Source: Isosphaeraceae bacterium (GTDB lineage: Bacteria; Planctomycetota; Planctomycetia; Isosphaerales; Isosphaeraceae). From it: DNA of 64,000 nt. The position numbers were made by a program, and so were the translations under genes. The stretch is from NCBI GenBank assembly GCA_965201075.1, contig CBDAVP010000003.1, positions 1 to 64,000 of the forward strand. The letters run 5' to 3'. This document shows positions 46,279 to 56,209 of this stretch, piece after piece; the first letter of the stretch is position 1; each line of letters begins with the position of its first letter. Under the pieces are notes generated by a model. That model was not told where the DNA came from, ran no database searches, and was given only the letters and a program-made list of their open reading frames with translations.

Positions 46279-47142
46279 ATGGCCGACGACGCGCTTGTGA
46301 CGACTCAATGGCTGGCCGACCACCTCAAGGACCCCGACCTGCGGGTTGTGGATATTCGAGGCTCTGTCGCCACCCGGCCAGTGGCGCCGGGGGTGGAGGA
46401 GGCGACTTACCAGGGCGCCCCTATGGAGTATGAGGCCGGGCATATCCCCGGCGCCGTGTTTGTCGACTGGACCGAGGACATCGTTGACCCCGACGATTCA
46501 GTCCCCGCCCAGATTGCCGGCCCCTCGCGGTTTTCGGAGGCGATGGGCGTTCGGGGGATCGGGCCGGGAACCAAGGTGGTGGCGGTCGACCACGCCGGGG
46601 GCCAGTTCGCGACCCGTCTTTGGTGGGCCTTACGCTATTACGGCCACGACGCCGTCGCGGTGCTCGATGGTGGCTGGAACCGCTGGGTCGAGGAAGAACG
46701 TCTAGTCGAGGGCGGGATCGTCAAGGTCGAGCCTCGCGAGTTTGTCGCCCACAAGCGGCCGGAATTGCGGATCAATGCCGAGGAACTGCGTGACCGGTTG
46801 GGGGAGGACGGGCTGCAACTCATCGATGCCCGCGACGGGGGGCAATTCACCGCGGCCAGGCGTCGGGGGCCGCGTGGTGGCCACATTCCCGGGGCGACCC
46901 ACGTCCCCCGCGAACTTTTTTTCGCCGAGGGGGGCGGGTTCCTTCCCCTCGAAGCGATTCGGAGCAAGGTCGAGGGGCTGGGTGTCGACCCGTCCCGGCC
47001 GGTGGTGGCCTATTGCAACGGCGGAGTCGCCGCGACGGTTCCGCTGTTCCACCTCCACCGACTCGGGCTGCCGGTCGGGACGATCTACGATGGGTCGTGG
47101 AACGAGTGGGGAGCCCGCGAAGACTTGCCGGTTGAGATTTGA
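46279..47142 (+). CDS. Two-domain sulfurtransferase (rhodanese/SseA-like)
   Basis: GHIPGA twice, LDGG, YCNGG active-site Cys, YDGSWNEW. Confidence 0.93.
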   Translation: MADDALVTTQWLADHLKDPDLRVVDIRGSVATRPVAPGVEEATYQGAPMEYEAGHIPGAVFVDWTEDIVDPDDSVPAQIAGPSRFSEAMGVRGIGPGTKVVAVDHAGGQFATRLWWALRYYGHDAVAVLDGGWNRWVEEERLVEGGIVKVEPREFVAHKRPELRINAEELRDRLGEDGLQLIDARDGGQFTAARRRGPRGGHIPGATHVPRELFFAEGGGFLPLEAIRSKVEGLGVDPSRPVVAYCNGGVAATVPLFHLHRLGLPVGTIYDGSWNEWGAREDLPVEI

Positions 47143-47160
47143 AATCCCAGCGGCCGGAGG

Positions 47161-48471
47161 GTGGATCGGATGAGCGCGGCGGGTCCCTCGGGAGGCAAAC
47201 CTCGCTTCTGGAATCGGCCCATGACCCTCACGGCCGAAGTTGCGGCGTGGGTCTTTCTGGTCGCTGGAATCGCGGCAAGGCTGGGGGAGTACGCGGTTGA
47301 CCGAACTTATTACGGCGACGAGATTTATCTGACCCACAATCTCATCGGTCGGCCGATCCTTGACCTGTCCACCCCCCTGACTGACGACCAACTCGTGCCG
47401 CCGGGGTTTCTGATCGTCGAGCGGGTCGCGGCGGCGGTCCTGGGCCCGAGCCGCCGGGCCTTGCGTTTCTTCCCACTGCTCAGTGCGATCGCCGGCCTGT
47501 TCCTCATGCGATCGGTGGCCGGAACCTTCCTCGGCCGGAGGGCGGCGCCGATGGCGGTGGCTTTTCTGGCCGTCCAGGACGACCTGGTCTACTACTCCAT
47601 TGAGTTGAAACAATACTCGACCGACATGGCGGCGACCCTCCTTTGCTGGGTCATGGCGTCGAGGGTTGTGAACGGGGGGAGGGCGGTTGAGGGCGCGGTG
47701 ATCGGGGGTGCGATCGTCTGGTTCTCGCACCCCTCCGCCTTCGTGCTGGGGGGGGTGGGGTCGTGGCTGATCGTTCGGGCGGTCCTGGCGAAGGACCGGC
47801 GGCGGACCGTGGCGTTCTTGGGGATGGTCGCGGTCTGGTTGGCGAGTTTCGCGGGCTGCTACGTCGCGTCGATGAGGCTCCTGGCTCCCGGGCCGTTCAT
47901 GTGGACCTGGTGGGGCTTCGCGTTCCTGCCGATCCCGCCGACGAGTTGGGACGCGGCCGAGCGAGTTGGCTGGTCGCTGGCGAACGTGCTGGTTTTTCCG
48001 GTTGGCTTGCGCAGTCCGTTGGGAGTGTTTGGCGACTCGGCGCTCGGGTTGGTGTTGTTTGGACTGGGCTTGGGGTCGCTTTGGCGGCGGAATCGGGGGA
48101 TCTTGTGGCTCTTGACCTCGCCGCTGCTGGCGGCCCTGGCGGCATCGGCGTTGCACAAATATCCGTTCCACGGTCGGTTGCTCTACTTCGCGGTCCCCGG
48201 TCTGATGCTGATTCTGACGGAAGGGCTCGCGGTGATCGGGCGGTCGCTCGGTTGGTGGGTCGCCTGGGTGGTTTTGGGGTTCCTGCTGATGACTCAGATA
48301 CTGGCGGTGGAGTCAGGTTTGACCCGAGGCCGGGCCCGCCCGTTCGACTCTCATGGCGACCTGCGCAACGACCTGCTCGACGAACTGGAACGGCGCAAAC
48401 TCTGGCCCCGTCCGGTTCCGGGACACAATCCGTCCCGCAACGGGGTCTCCTCACGCTCTCCCGCGCTGTAG
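47161..48471 (+). CDS. GT-C fold (GT39/PMT-like) membrane glycosyltransferase
   Basis: DE after TM1, PPGF, YYSIELKQY, multiple TMs; start uncertain. Confidence 0.7.
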   Translation: MDRMSAAGPSGGKPRFWNRPMTLTAEVAAWVFLVAGIAARLGEYAVDRTYYGDEIYLTHNLIGRPILDLSTPLTDDQLVPPGFLIVERVAAAVLGPSRRALRFFPLLSAIAGLFLMRSVAGTFLGRRAAPMAVAFLAVQDDLVYYSIELKQYSTDMAATLLCWVMASRVVNGGRAVEGAVIGGAIVWFSHPSAFVLGGVGSWLIVRAVLAKDRRRTVAFLGMVAVWLASFAGCYVASMRLLAPGPFMWTWWGFAFLPIPPTSWDAAERVGWSLANVLVFPVGLRSPLGVFGDSALGLVLFGLGLGSLWRRNRGILWLLTSPLLAALAASALHKYPFHGRLLYFAVPGLMLILTEGLAVIGRSLGWWVAWVVLGFLLMTQILAVESGLTRGRARPFDSHGDLRNDLLDELERRKLWPRPVPGHNPSRNGVSSRSPAL

Positions 48472-48605
48472 ACTGAGCCTCGCGGGGGGCGATGGCCTCG
48501 ATCCTCCGCCCGCCTCCAGCCGTCCGACATCGGCGGGGGCCCTTGTAGCGTTCAAGGACGGGATGGGCCCTGCCAAGGTCATGTCCCCAGAGGGGTTGCG
48601 ACGCG

Positions 48606-50135
48606 ATGGATATGGATAAGCTGGTTTCCCTCTGCAAGCGTAGGGGGTTCATTTTCCCGTCGAGTGAGATTTACGGCGGGATCAACGGGTTCTGGGACTT
48701 CGGCCCGCTGGGCGTCGAGCTGAAGCGCAACATCAAGGATGCCTGGTGGCACGACAACGTCCACGCCCGCGATGACATGGTGGGGCTGGACTGCTCAATC
48801 ATCATGAACCCCAAGGTCTGGGAGGCCTCCGGTCACGTCGCCGGATTCAGCGACCCGATGGTTGACTGCCGAGAAACCCAGGAGCGCTACCGGGCCGACC
48901 AGCTTTACGTTTTCCGACATGAAATCACTCGACCCAACGCCGACCACCCCGAACGGTTCGAGGTCGCCCTGACCGGCGCCACGGCCGGGGATGCTCGCGA
49001 GGCCCTGGACGACCGTCTTTCCCGCCTGGGCAACAAGAATCTCCTGCCGGTCAAGCGGAAGGATTTACCCGAGCCGGTCGTTGTCGCCTACCTCGACATG
49101 GCCACGGACGAACGGGCTCGGGTGTTCGGCCCCTCGGCGACGAAGCCGGGGACCTTGACCGAGCCTCGCGCCTTCAACCTGATGTTTGAGACCAACGTCG
49201 GCGCCCTTTCCGACGCGACCAGCAAGGCGTACCTCCGTCCCGAAACCGCCCAGGGAATTTTTGCCAACTTCAAGAACGTTTGCGACACCGGCCGGCTCAA
49301 GGTCCCCTTCGGCATCGCGCAGATCGGCAAGAGTTTCCGGAACGAGATCACTCCGCGAAACTTCATCTTCCGTTCTCGAGAATTCGAGCAGATGGAGATC
49401 GAGTTCTTCTGCCGACCGGACGAATCGGCCCACTGGTATCAGTACTGGCGCAAGGAGCGGTTCGACTGGTACGTCCGCCACGGCCTCCAGAGCGACAAAC
49501 TGCGTCTGCGAGACCATGACCCGGACGAGCTGGCGTTCTATTCGACCGGGACGGCCGACATCGAATACGAATTCCCCTTCGGCGTCAGCGAGTTGGAAGG
49601 GATCGCCAACCGAGGCGCCTACGACCTGACCCAGCACCAGACCCACAGCGGCAAGGATCTGAGTTACTTCGACGAGGAGCGCAAGGAACGGTACATTCCC
49701 CACGTCATCGAGCCGTCGGCCGGCGCCGACCGCGCCACGTTGGCGGTGCTTTGCGAGGCCTACACCGAAGACGTCATCGAGGGGGAAACGCGCACGGTCC
49801 TTAAGTTCCATCCAAGGTTCGCGCCGATCAAGGCGGCGGTCTACCCCCTGGTGAAGAAGGACGGGATGCCCGAGGCCGCCGAGACGATTTATCGCGACCT
49901 GAAACGTCACTTCCCGGTCTTCTACGACGAGAAGGGGGCGATCGGCCGTCGCTATCGTCGCCAGGACGAGGCGGGAACGCCGATCGGGATCACGGTGGAC
50001 GGTCAGACCCTGGCTGATGGCACCGTGACGTTCCGCGACCGCGATTCCTTGAGGCAATGGCGAGTGCCGTCGGCGGGGGTCGTTCAGGCGTTGCGCGATG
50101 TGCTGGAGGGGAATTCGGCGCTGGGGATGTCCTGA
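48606..50135 (+). CDS. glyQS: Glycine--tRNA ligase (alpha2 type)
   Basis: [51 protein letters not shown]. Confidence 0.97.
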   Translation: MDMDKLVSLCKRRGFIFPSSEIYGGINGFWDFGPLGVELKRNIKDAWWHDNVHARDDMVGLDCSIIMNPKVWEASGHVAGFSDPMVDCRETQERYRADQLYVFRHEITRPNADHPERFEVALTGATAGDAREALDDRLSRLGNKNLLPVKRKDLPEPVVVAYLDMATDERARVFGPSATKPGTLTEPRAFNLMFETNVGALSDATSKAYLRPETAQGIFANFKNVCDTGRLKVPFGIAQIGKSFRNEITPRNFIFRSREFEQMEIEFFCRPDESAHWYQYWRKERFDWYVRHGLQSDKLRLRDHDPDELAFYSTGTADIEYEFPFGVSELEGIANRGAYDLTQHQTHSGKDLSYFDEERKERYIPHVIEPSAGADRATLAVLCEAYTEDVIEGETRTVLKFHPRFAPIKAAVYPLVKKDGMPEAAETIYRDLKRHFPVFYDEKGAIGRRYRRQDEAGTPIGITVDGQTLADGTVTFRDRDSLRQWRVPSAGVVQALRDVLEGNSALGMS

Positions 50136-50233
50136 ACGTATCGGCCCCCGAATTGCAAACGGCGGTGGGGCGGGGCATCATCGTCCTAAACGTATCGCGT
50201 TGGGTTCGGTTCGGGGTAGGGGGGTTCGCCCGG

Positions 50234-51103
50234 ATGACGCCTTGCATCAGTCAGGTGACGACACTGCCCACGCCATTCGAGGCCGACCTGCCGGCATTTC
50301 ACCAGGCCGGCTTCACGGCGGTCGAACTCTGGCTGACAAAGCTGGAAACGTTCCTCGACAGTCACCCCATCACCGAGGCCGCGAGCCTGCTGGTCGACAA
50401 TGGGCTGAACGTCGGGGCGGCGGCGCTTCAAGGGGGCCTCCTGCTGGCCGGCGGTGAGAAGGCGTTGGCCCATCGCGACCTGTTCCGCCGGCGGCTCGAC
50501 CTGCTGGAAGCCCTGGGTGTCCCGATCTTGATCGTGGGGGCCGATTTCGAGGAGAGCCCGGTCCTGGAAGACTATGGGCGAGCCGCCGCGTCCCTGGCCG
50601 AGGCGGCGGAACTCGCCGGGCGACACAAGGTCACGTTGGCCCTGGAGTTTCAGCGAGGTTCCGGCTTTTGTGCCTGTCTGGACACGGCCTTGGCCCTGGT
50701 CTCGGCCGCGGGATCGGCCAACCTGGGCGTTTGCCTCGACCTGTTCCATTACGCGACAGGTCCCAGCAAGCCCGAGGATTTCGCTTACCTGACCGCGGAC
50801 CTGCTGGCGTGGGTTCAGGTGGCCGACCTGAGCGGCATCCCCAGGGAGATCGCCAGCGACGGGGACCGGATCTTGCCGGGCGATGGCGATTTCCCGCTGG
50901 CCGCGATGCTGGGACAACTTTCGACGCTGGGCTACCGGGGTCCGGTTTCGTTCGAGGCCATGAACCCGATGCTTTGGGCGATCCCGGCCGACCGGGTGGC
51001 CGACGCTGCCTATCAAGCGACGACGCGGTTGCTGCCGGTGTTGGGAAGCGGCGTCCGGGACAGCCAGGACACCGGGCCAGGCGCCGAAGCGGGAGGGTTC
51101 TGA
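50234..51103 (+). CDS. Sugar phosphate isomerase/epimerase family
   Basis: ALEF, DLFH, VQVAD, RILPGDG, SFE. Confidence 0.85.
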   Translation: MTPCISQVTTLPTPFEADLPAFHQAGFTAVELWLTKLETFLDSHPITEAASLLVDNGLNVGAAALQGGLLLAGGEKALAHRDLFRRRLDLLEALGVPILIVGADFEESPVLEDYGRAAASLAEAAELAGRHKVTLALEFQRGSGFCACLDTALALVSAAGSANLGVCLDLFHYATGPSKPEDFAYLTADLLAWVQVADLSGIPREIASDGDRILPGDGDFPLAAMLGQLSTLGYRGPVSFEAMNPMLWAIPADRVADAAYQATTRLLPVLGSGVRDSQDTGPGAEAGGF

Positions 51104-51105
51104 GC

Positions 51106-51636
51106 GTGTCGCTGGTGACGACGCTGCGCCCTCCCTCGGCCATCTACCGGGAGGAGCAAAACTTCGCCTGGTGGCTTTACGCCGTCCTGCTGGCCTTGGC
51201 GGTCAACGGCGTGGTGGGCCTGTTCATGGCCCAGCATGCCGCGGCGAATGGGGGAATTCATCATTGGGGTGGCACGGAGCGCTCGCTCGCCGTCCTCGGC
51301 CTGACCTTTCCGCCGATATTGATCGTAGGACTGCTGAGAATGACCACGGAGGTCACACCCAACGCCGTCCGCGTCTGGTTCGGCTGGCTCCCTTCCTATC
51401 GACGGGCGATTTCCCTGGCGGATATCCGCAGCGTGGAAGCCGTCACGTATCGACCTCTAGTCGACTGCGGAGGGTGGGGCATCCGCCGAGGTCGAGGAGG
51501 GGAAAAAGTCCTCAATGCCCGAGGTAACCGCGGTGTCCGCCTGACTCTCATCGACGGCTCGAAGCTGCTCATCGGCAGCCAGAAGCCCGAGGAGCTGGCC
51601 GGGGCCTTGCAACGGGCCATGCAGCCCGACGATTGA
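51106..51636 (+). CDS. Small membrane protein with PH-like C-terminal domain
   Basis: YREEQNF, two TMs, GGWGIR, GNRGV, LLIGSQKPEEL. Confidence 0.65.
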   Translation: MSLVTTLRPPSAIYREEQNFAWWLYAVLLALAVNGVVGLFMAQHAAANGGIHHWGGTERSLAVLGLTFPPILIVGLLRMTTEVTPNAVRVWFGWLPSYRRAISLADIRSVEAVTYRPLVDCGGWGIRRGRGGEKVLNARGNRGVRLTLIDGSKLLIGSQKPEELAGALQRAMQPDD

Positions 51637-51652
51637 GCCCCGCCCGATCGAT

Positions 51653-52978
51653 TCAACGCTTCGGAGGCAACAGGGCGACCACCGCCGCGGTCATCGCCTG
51701 GACGCCCCCGCGCAGGCTGGGAGCTGGGTCGGGGTGATAGAGTGCCGAATGGAGCGAGGGCATCGGCTCTCCGGCGGCCCTGGCGGCGGCGAGGCGGTCG
51801 GGGGGAATGGTCCCCAGGCGAAACATCACCGTGGGGACGCCGTCCTTGCCGAAGAGGCCGAAGTCCTCGGCTCCCATCGACTGAGGCGTCTCGGCCACGC
51901 GATCGGCACCCAGCGCCGCCACCCACGCCGGGACGAGTTTCGCCACGAGGGCCGGGTCGTTGACCGTCGGGGGCACCCCCTCCGACTCGTCCACCGCCAC
52001 CGTCGGTGCTGGAGCCCGATGCCCCCTGGCCAGTGACTCGGCTCGTCGGCGGATGCCGTCGAGGATCGCGGCGCGGACCTCGGGCCGAAACGCGCGGACG
52101 GTCAACTGGAGGCGAACCTCGTCGGGGATGATGTTGTGCTTCGTCCCTCCGTGGATCGAGCCGACGGTCAGGACCGCCGGGTCGACCGGGCTGATTTCGC
52201 GGCTGACGACGGTCTGCAAGTCGAGCACCAGCAAGGCCGCCAGAACGACCGGGTCGACCGTGTTGTGCGGCATCGCCCCGTGCCCCCCCTTGCCGCGGAC
52301 GGTGATATCCACCGAGGTCGAACTGGCCCAGGTCGGCCCGGCTCGGTAGCCGATCGTTCCAGCCTCCTGGTCGTGGCCGACATGCAAGGCCAGGGCGAAG
52401 TCGGGTCGGCCGAATCGCTCGTAGAGGCCGTCCTTGAGCATCGCCTTGGCGCCTCCCACTCGCTCCTCGGCCGGCTGGCCGATCAGCATGACGGTGCCCG
52501 ACCACTGATCCTTGTGGTCGGCCAGCCAGGAAGCGGTTCCCACGGCGTTGGTCATGTGCAGGTCGTGGCCGCAGGCGTGCATCACGCCGACCGACCGACC
52601 CGCGTCGTCTTGCGTCTTGACCACACTGGCATAGGGCAGGCCGGTCGCCTCGGTGACGGGCAAAGCGTCCATGTCGGTGCGGACCAGAACCATTGGCCCC
52701 GGGCCGTTCTTCAGAATTCCGACGATGCCGTGCCCGCCGACACCCGTGGTGACCTCGGCCCCGGCCTTGCGGAACTCAGCGGCGAGGCGGTTGGAAGTCT
52801 CGGCCTCATGGAAGGACAGTTCGGGGTGGGCGTGAAGTGCTTTGTACAGGTCGACCAGCCCTTCCAGACGCGAGTCAATCCAGGGATCGGCCGCGGGGGT
52901 GGGATCGGCGGCATTCGCGGCGAATCCCCAGAGGCAGACCAGCGGCAGGGCGATCCACCAGGCGTGGGCGAGCGACAT
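51653..52978 (-). CDS. M20 amidohydrolase with signal peptide
   Basis: HPELSFHE, RTDMDALP, MHACGHD, QPAEE, GAEDF. Confidence 0.92.
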   Translation of the reverse strand: MSLAHAWWIALPLVCLWGFAANAADPTPAADPWIDSRLEGLVDLYKALHAHPELSFHEAETSNRLAAEFRKAGAEVTTGVGGHGIVGILKNGPGPMVLVRTDMDALPVTEATGLPYASVVKTQDDAGRSVGVMHACGHDLHMTNAVGTASWLADHKDQWSGTVMLIGQPAEERVGGAKAMLKDGLYERFGRPDFALALHVGHDQEAGTIGYRAGPTWASSTSVDITVRGKGGHGAMPHNTVDPVVLAALLVLDLQTVVSREISPVDPAVLTVGSIHGGTKHNIIPDEVRLQLTVRAFRPEVRAAILDGIRRRAESLARGHRAPAPTVAVDESEGVPPTVNDPALVAKLVPAWVAALGADRVAETPQSMGAEDFGLFGKDGVPTVMFRLGTIPPDRLAAARAAGEPMPSLHSALYHPDPAPSLRGGVQAMTAAVVALLPPKR

Positions 52979-53034
52979 CGGCGGTCCTCTCTTTTTCTCG
53001 GCGGGACGGTAACGACCGAGTTTAGCCGGTCTCG

Positions 53035-54402
53035 TCAACCGGGGGGAATGCTCTCCGCGGCGGTCACGGCCGACCAGTGTTCCAGACGGACCCGCTCCAG
53101 GGTGACGGCCCTATCGCGATGGTAAACCGAAGGCGGTGAAGGGAGCGGGTCTCGCCGGGCCTGACCGATCGCCCGCCAGAAGGCTTCGGGGTGGCTGTCC
53201 CAGAGATCGCGACTCCGACGGGCGGGGATCACCCGGGGCGTCTTCCCCAGGTAAAAGGCCAGGCAGGCGGATTGATTCGCGCGGTCGTCCACGATGAGGA
53301 TCGGCGATTGGAGATCCACTCGGCGGACGATCGCCGCGACACCCGGCCAGTCGGGACGGTTCGGCTCCAGGACTCGGAGGGTCGCCCCGCCGGCCACTAT
53401 CGTCAGCAAAGCGATCAGCAATCGCCGCGGCGTGCGGGGCAGGGCGACGCCGCCGTGGGCCAGCAGGATCAGATAGGGTGGTCCGACGAAGATCCGATAA
53501 CGACGAGGCGCGAAGATTGGGTAGGCGAACCACGAGTAGGCGGCGAGCAAGGCGACCGGCACGAGCAGCCAGGCCAGGAACGCCCGGGTCGACTTACGAT
53601 CGCGAACCAAACCCGTCCGGACGCCCACCACCAGCAAGACGCCGCCGACCAGAACGGCCTCGGTCCGACCTCCGGTGAAGGACTCGGGCCATTCCCCCAG
53701 CGATTTCCAGCCGCTGGGGGCGACGAGCGACTCCGGGGCGTGGTCCAGGTAGCGAGGGGCCCACGGGACGACGGCCGCCGCCATCCCCAACTGGACCGCG
53801 ACCCAGGCGGCCACGCCGAGCTTGGATTCTCGACGGATCGCGAAATAGCCAACCATCAAGGCGGCCACCATCAGCAGCCCGAGCGGGTGAGTGTACGCCA
53901 AGGCCGCCAGGACCACGCCCAACACGACGGATCGGCCGAGCCCCCAGGACCAGCGGGACGAGAGGAGGAGCCACCAGGAGAGGCAGGTCAGGAGAACCAG
54001 GACCTCGTACATCCGGGCTTCGCGAGAATGGTTCACGTCCAGCGGGCTGAGGGCCTGGAGCCACCCGGCGAGCCTTCCCGTTGTGACGCCGTAAGCTCGC
54101 CGGCCCAGAGCATAAACCAACGAGACGGCCGCGACCCCGCAAACGGCGCTGAGGCCGCGGTCGAGGGCCACCGAGTCGCCCAGGATCGTGTTCCAGGCTC
54201 GGAGCAACAGCGGATGGAGAGGTGCGCCGGTGGCGTCGACTTTTCGCAGGCTCGCGAGCATTGCCGGGACCGTCGGTTGACGGGCCAGGGTGATCGTGAC
54301 GACCTCGTCCTCCCAGACACTGGCCCGGTCGAGGTGGACCACCCGCAGCCCCGTCGCGACGACCAGGATGGCGGCCAGCCACGCCGCCGACGCCCGCGTC
54401 AT
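53035..54402 (-). CDS. GT-C fold (GT39/PMT-like) membrane glycosyltransferase
   Basis: SVWEDE, HSREARMY, YTHP, multiple TMs. Confidence 0.75.
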   Translation of the reverse strand: MTRASAAWLAAILVVATGLRVVHLDRASVWEDEVVTITLARQPTVPAMLASLRKVDATGAPLHPLLLRAWNTILGDSVALDRGLSAVCGVAAVSLVYALGRRAYGVTTGRLAGWLQALSPLDVNHSREARMYEVLVLLTCLSWWLLLSSRWSWGLGRSVVLGVVLAALAYTHPLGLLMVAALMVGYFAIRRESKLGVAAWVAVQLGMAAAVVPWAPRYLDHAPESLVAPSGWKSLGEWPESFTGGRTEAVLVGGVLLVVGVRTGLVRDRKSTRAFLAWLLVPVALLAAYSWFAYPIFAPRRYRIFVGPPYLILLAHGGVALPRTPRRLLIALLTIVAGGATLRVLEPNRPDWPGVAAIVRRVDLQSPILIVDDRANQSACLAFYLGKTPRVIPARRSRDLWDSHPEAFWRAIGQARRDPLPSPPSVYHRDRAVTLERVRLEHWSAVTAAESIPPG

Positions 54403-55238
54403 CGCGGCTTCCGAGGTCCGTCGGCGACCCAGTCGATCCCCTGGAGGACGAGTTGCCGCAGGCCCGGATTGCGCAGGGGGTCGTCCTTGTCGGGGCCGAA
54501 GCTTCGGTGTCCCAAGCAGGTGTGGAAGACTCGCGCGGGCCCGGCCTGGCGAATCCAGGCGACCGGCCAGGCGGTGCCCGCGTGTTCGATGGTGGCCAGC
54601 GGGGTGACGTCGGGCTCCATCTGCATATTGCTGTAGAGTTCGTCGGTCAGATCAAAATCGTTCAGCCCCTTCGTCACGGGGCTGTCGTGATCGGCGATCT
54701 TGACTCGGAACTGGCCCCGGACCGTCTTGCCATCGGGCTGGCCGAAGTGGGCGAAGACGCCGCCGAGCATCGTTCGCCACTCGGGCAACCAGTCCGGAGC
54801 GGCGCAGTCGGCGCCGTGGATCGAGACGTAGCCGGTTCCCCCCTTCAAGACCGCCGAGAGCAGGGCCTTCTGCTGGTCGAGGGTGTAGTGAAACTCGGGG
54901 TCGCGGCGGTCGGCGAGGGCGACGATCAGGTCGTACTTGTTCAGGCTGGGGGACAGGAGGATGCCGGCGTCCTCGACGAGGGTCACCTCGTACCGATGGG
55001 TATCTTCCAGGAGGTTGGCCAGGTAGGATGCCTGCTCTCGGTATCCGTGGTGCTCTCGTTGGCCACCGGAGAGCAGGAGGAGGCGGGCCCCTTCGGGAGC
55101 CTTCTTCTGGGCCAGGGCGGGCCCGTTAAGGAGCCAGGTCAGCATCATCAGGAAGGCCGAGAATCGGCGGAGCAACACGGCGGAACTCCTCGGGGCGGGT
55201 TCGGGTCGAGGGGTTTTCGGCAGTCCCGACCGCCGCAT
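54399..55238 (-). CDS. ThuA-domain protein, secreted
   Basis: LLLSGG..HH, GYVSIHGA, DELY, RVFHTCLGH; start uncertain. Confidence 0.8.
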   Translation of the reverse strand: MRRSGLPKTPRPEPAPRSSAVLLRRFSAFLMMLTWLLNGPALAQKKAPEGARLLLLSGGQREHHGYREQASYLANLLEDTHRYEVTLVEDAGILLSPSLNKYDLIVALADRRDPEFHYTLDQQKALLSAVLKGGTGYVSIHGADCAAPDWLPEWRTMLGGVFAHFGQPDGKTVRGQFRVKIADHDSPVTKGLNDFDLTDELYSNMQMEPDVTPLATIEHAGTAWPVAWIRQAGPARVFHTCLGHRSFGPDKDDPLRNPGLRQLVLQGIDWVADGPRKPR

Positions 55239-55296
55239 CGTAGCCCCCGCGACCCCCGCCGGCAACCAACTTCCCCACCCTCCGGAGAGCGTTCCG

Positions 55297-55863
55297 ATGG
55301 TCCGTTCGTCTCGCCCCGTCCTCGCTTGGGCCACCCTGGCCGCCCTGTGTTGTGGCCTGGGGGCCGACTCGCCGGAGAAGACCCAGACGATCGACGCCCA
55401 GGGGATGACCTTCGAGGCGCCGACCTCCTGGGAATCCGTCCCCACCCGCGAACGGTTCCGACGCGCGGTACTCAAGGTTCCACCCACTGAAGGGGATAAG
55501 GACCCCGGCGAGCTGGTCGTGACCTCCTTGTTCAGCGACGGTGGGGGAGTCGAGCCGAACGTCAAGCGATGGGAAGGGATGTTTCAGCCCGAGGGAGACG
55601 CCACCGCCAAGGCCGAGGTGAGCGACGCCAAGGGGACCAACGTCGACGTGACCGTGGTGGACGTCTCGGGCCACTACGTCGCCTCGGTCCGCCCGGGCGA
55701 CCCGCGCAAGCTCGACAAGCCCGGTTATCGATTGCTGGGCGTCATCGTGGTGGGCAAACAGGCTTCGTTCTTCCTCAAACTGACCGGACCCGCCGCCACC
55801 CTCAAGGCCGCGAAACCCGCCTTTGATGAGATGGTCAAGTCGATCACGCTGAAAGAGGAATGA
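55297..55863 (+). CDS. Secreted hypothetical protein
   Basis: Signal peptide, GGGVEPNVKRW, FFLKLTGP. Confidence 0.7.
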   Translation: MVRSSRPVLAWATLAALCCGLGADSPEKTQTIDAQGMTFEAPTSWESVPTRERFRRAVLKVPPTEGDKDPGELVVTSLFSDGGGVEPNVKRWEGMFQPEGDATAKAEVSDAKGTNVDVTVVDVSGHYVASVRPGDPRKLDKPGYRLLGVIVVGKQASFFLKLTGPAATLKAAKPAFDEMVKSITLKEE

Positions 55864-56209
55864 GCCTCGGCGGAGCGAGAAAACCTCCGGAAGCGGACGA
55901 CTGACCTTCGCTCAAACACCTTTGCCCAACACGGCTGAGGACGATGGGTCGTCCGCGTCAATACCGTGCCCCAGACGATTGGGGCTCAGACCGTTCGAGA
56001 ACCCCGTTATTTTCTCCAACCGGACCATTCGCTACTCAAGTCACATTCCGCGCGAGTCGATTATTCAAAAATCCTCCCCCCACGGAACACCCTCTCCGAC
56101 GCCCCGCCGAGGTCGCTGACGAGTGAACTGCTCACGAATCAGATCTTCATCGACTCCAGCCTGGTCGAGAAGACGGGAGACACGCGGGAACTCCTCAAGG
56201 AAGAGGCAA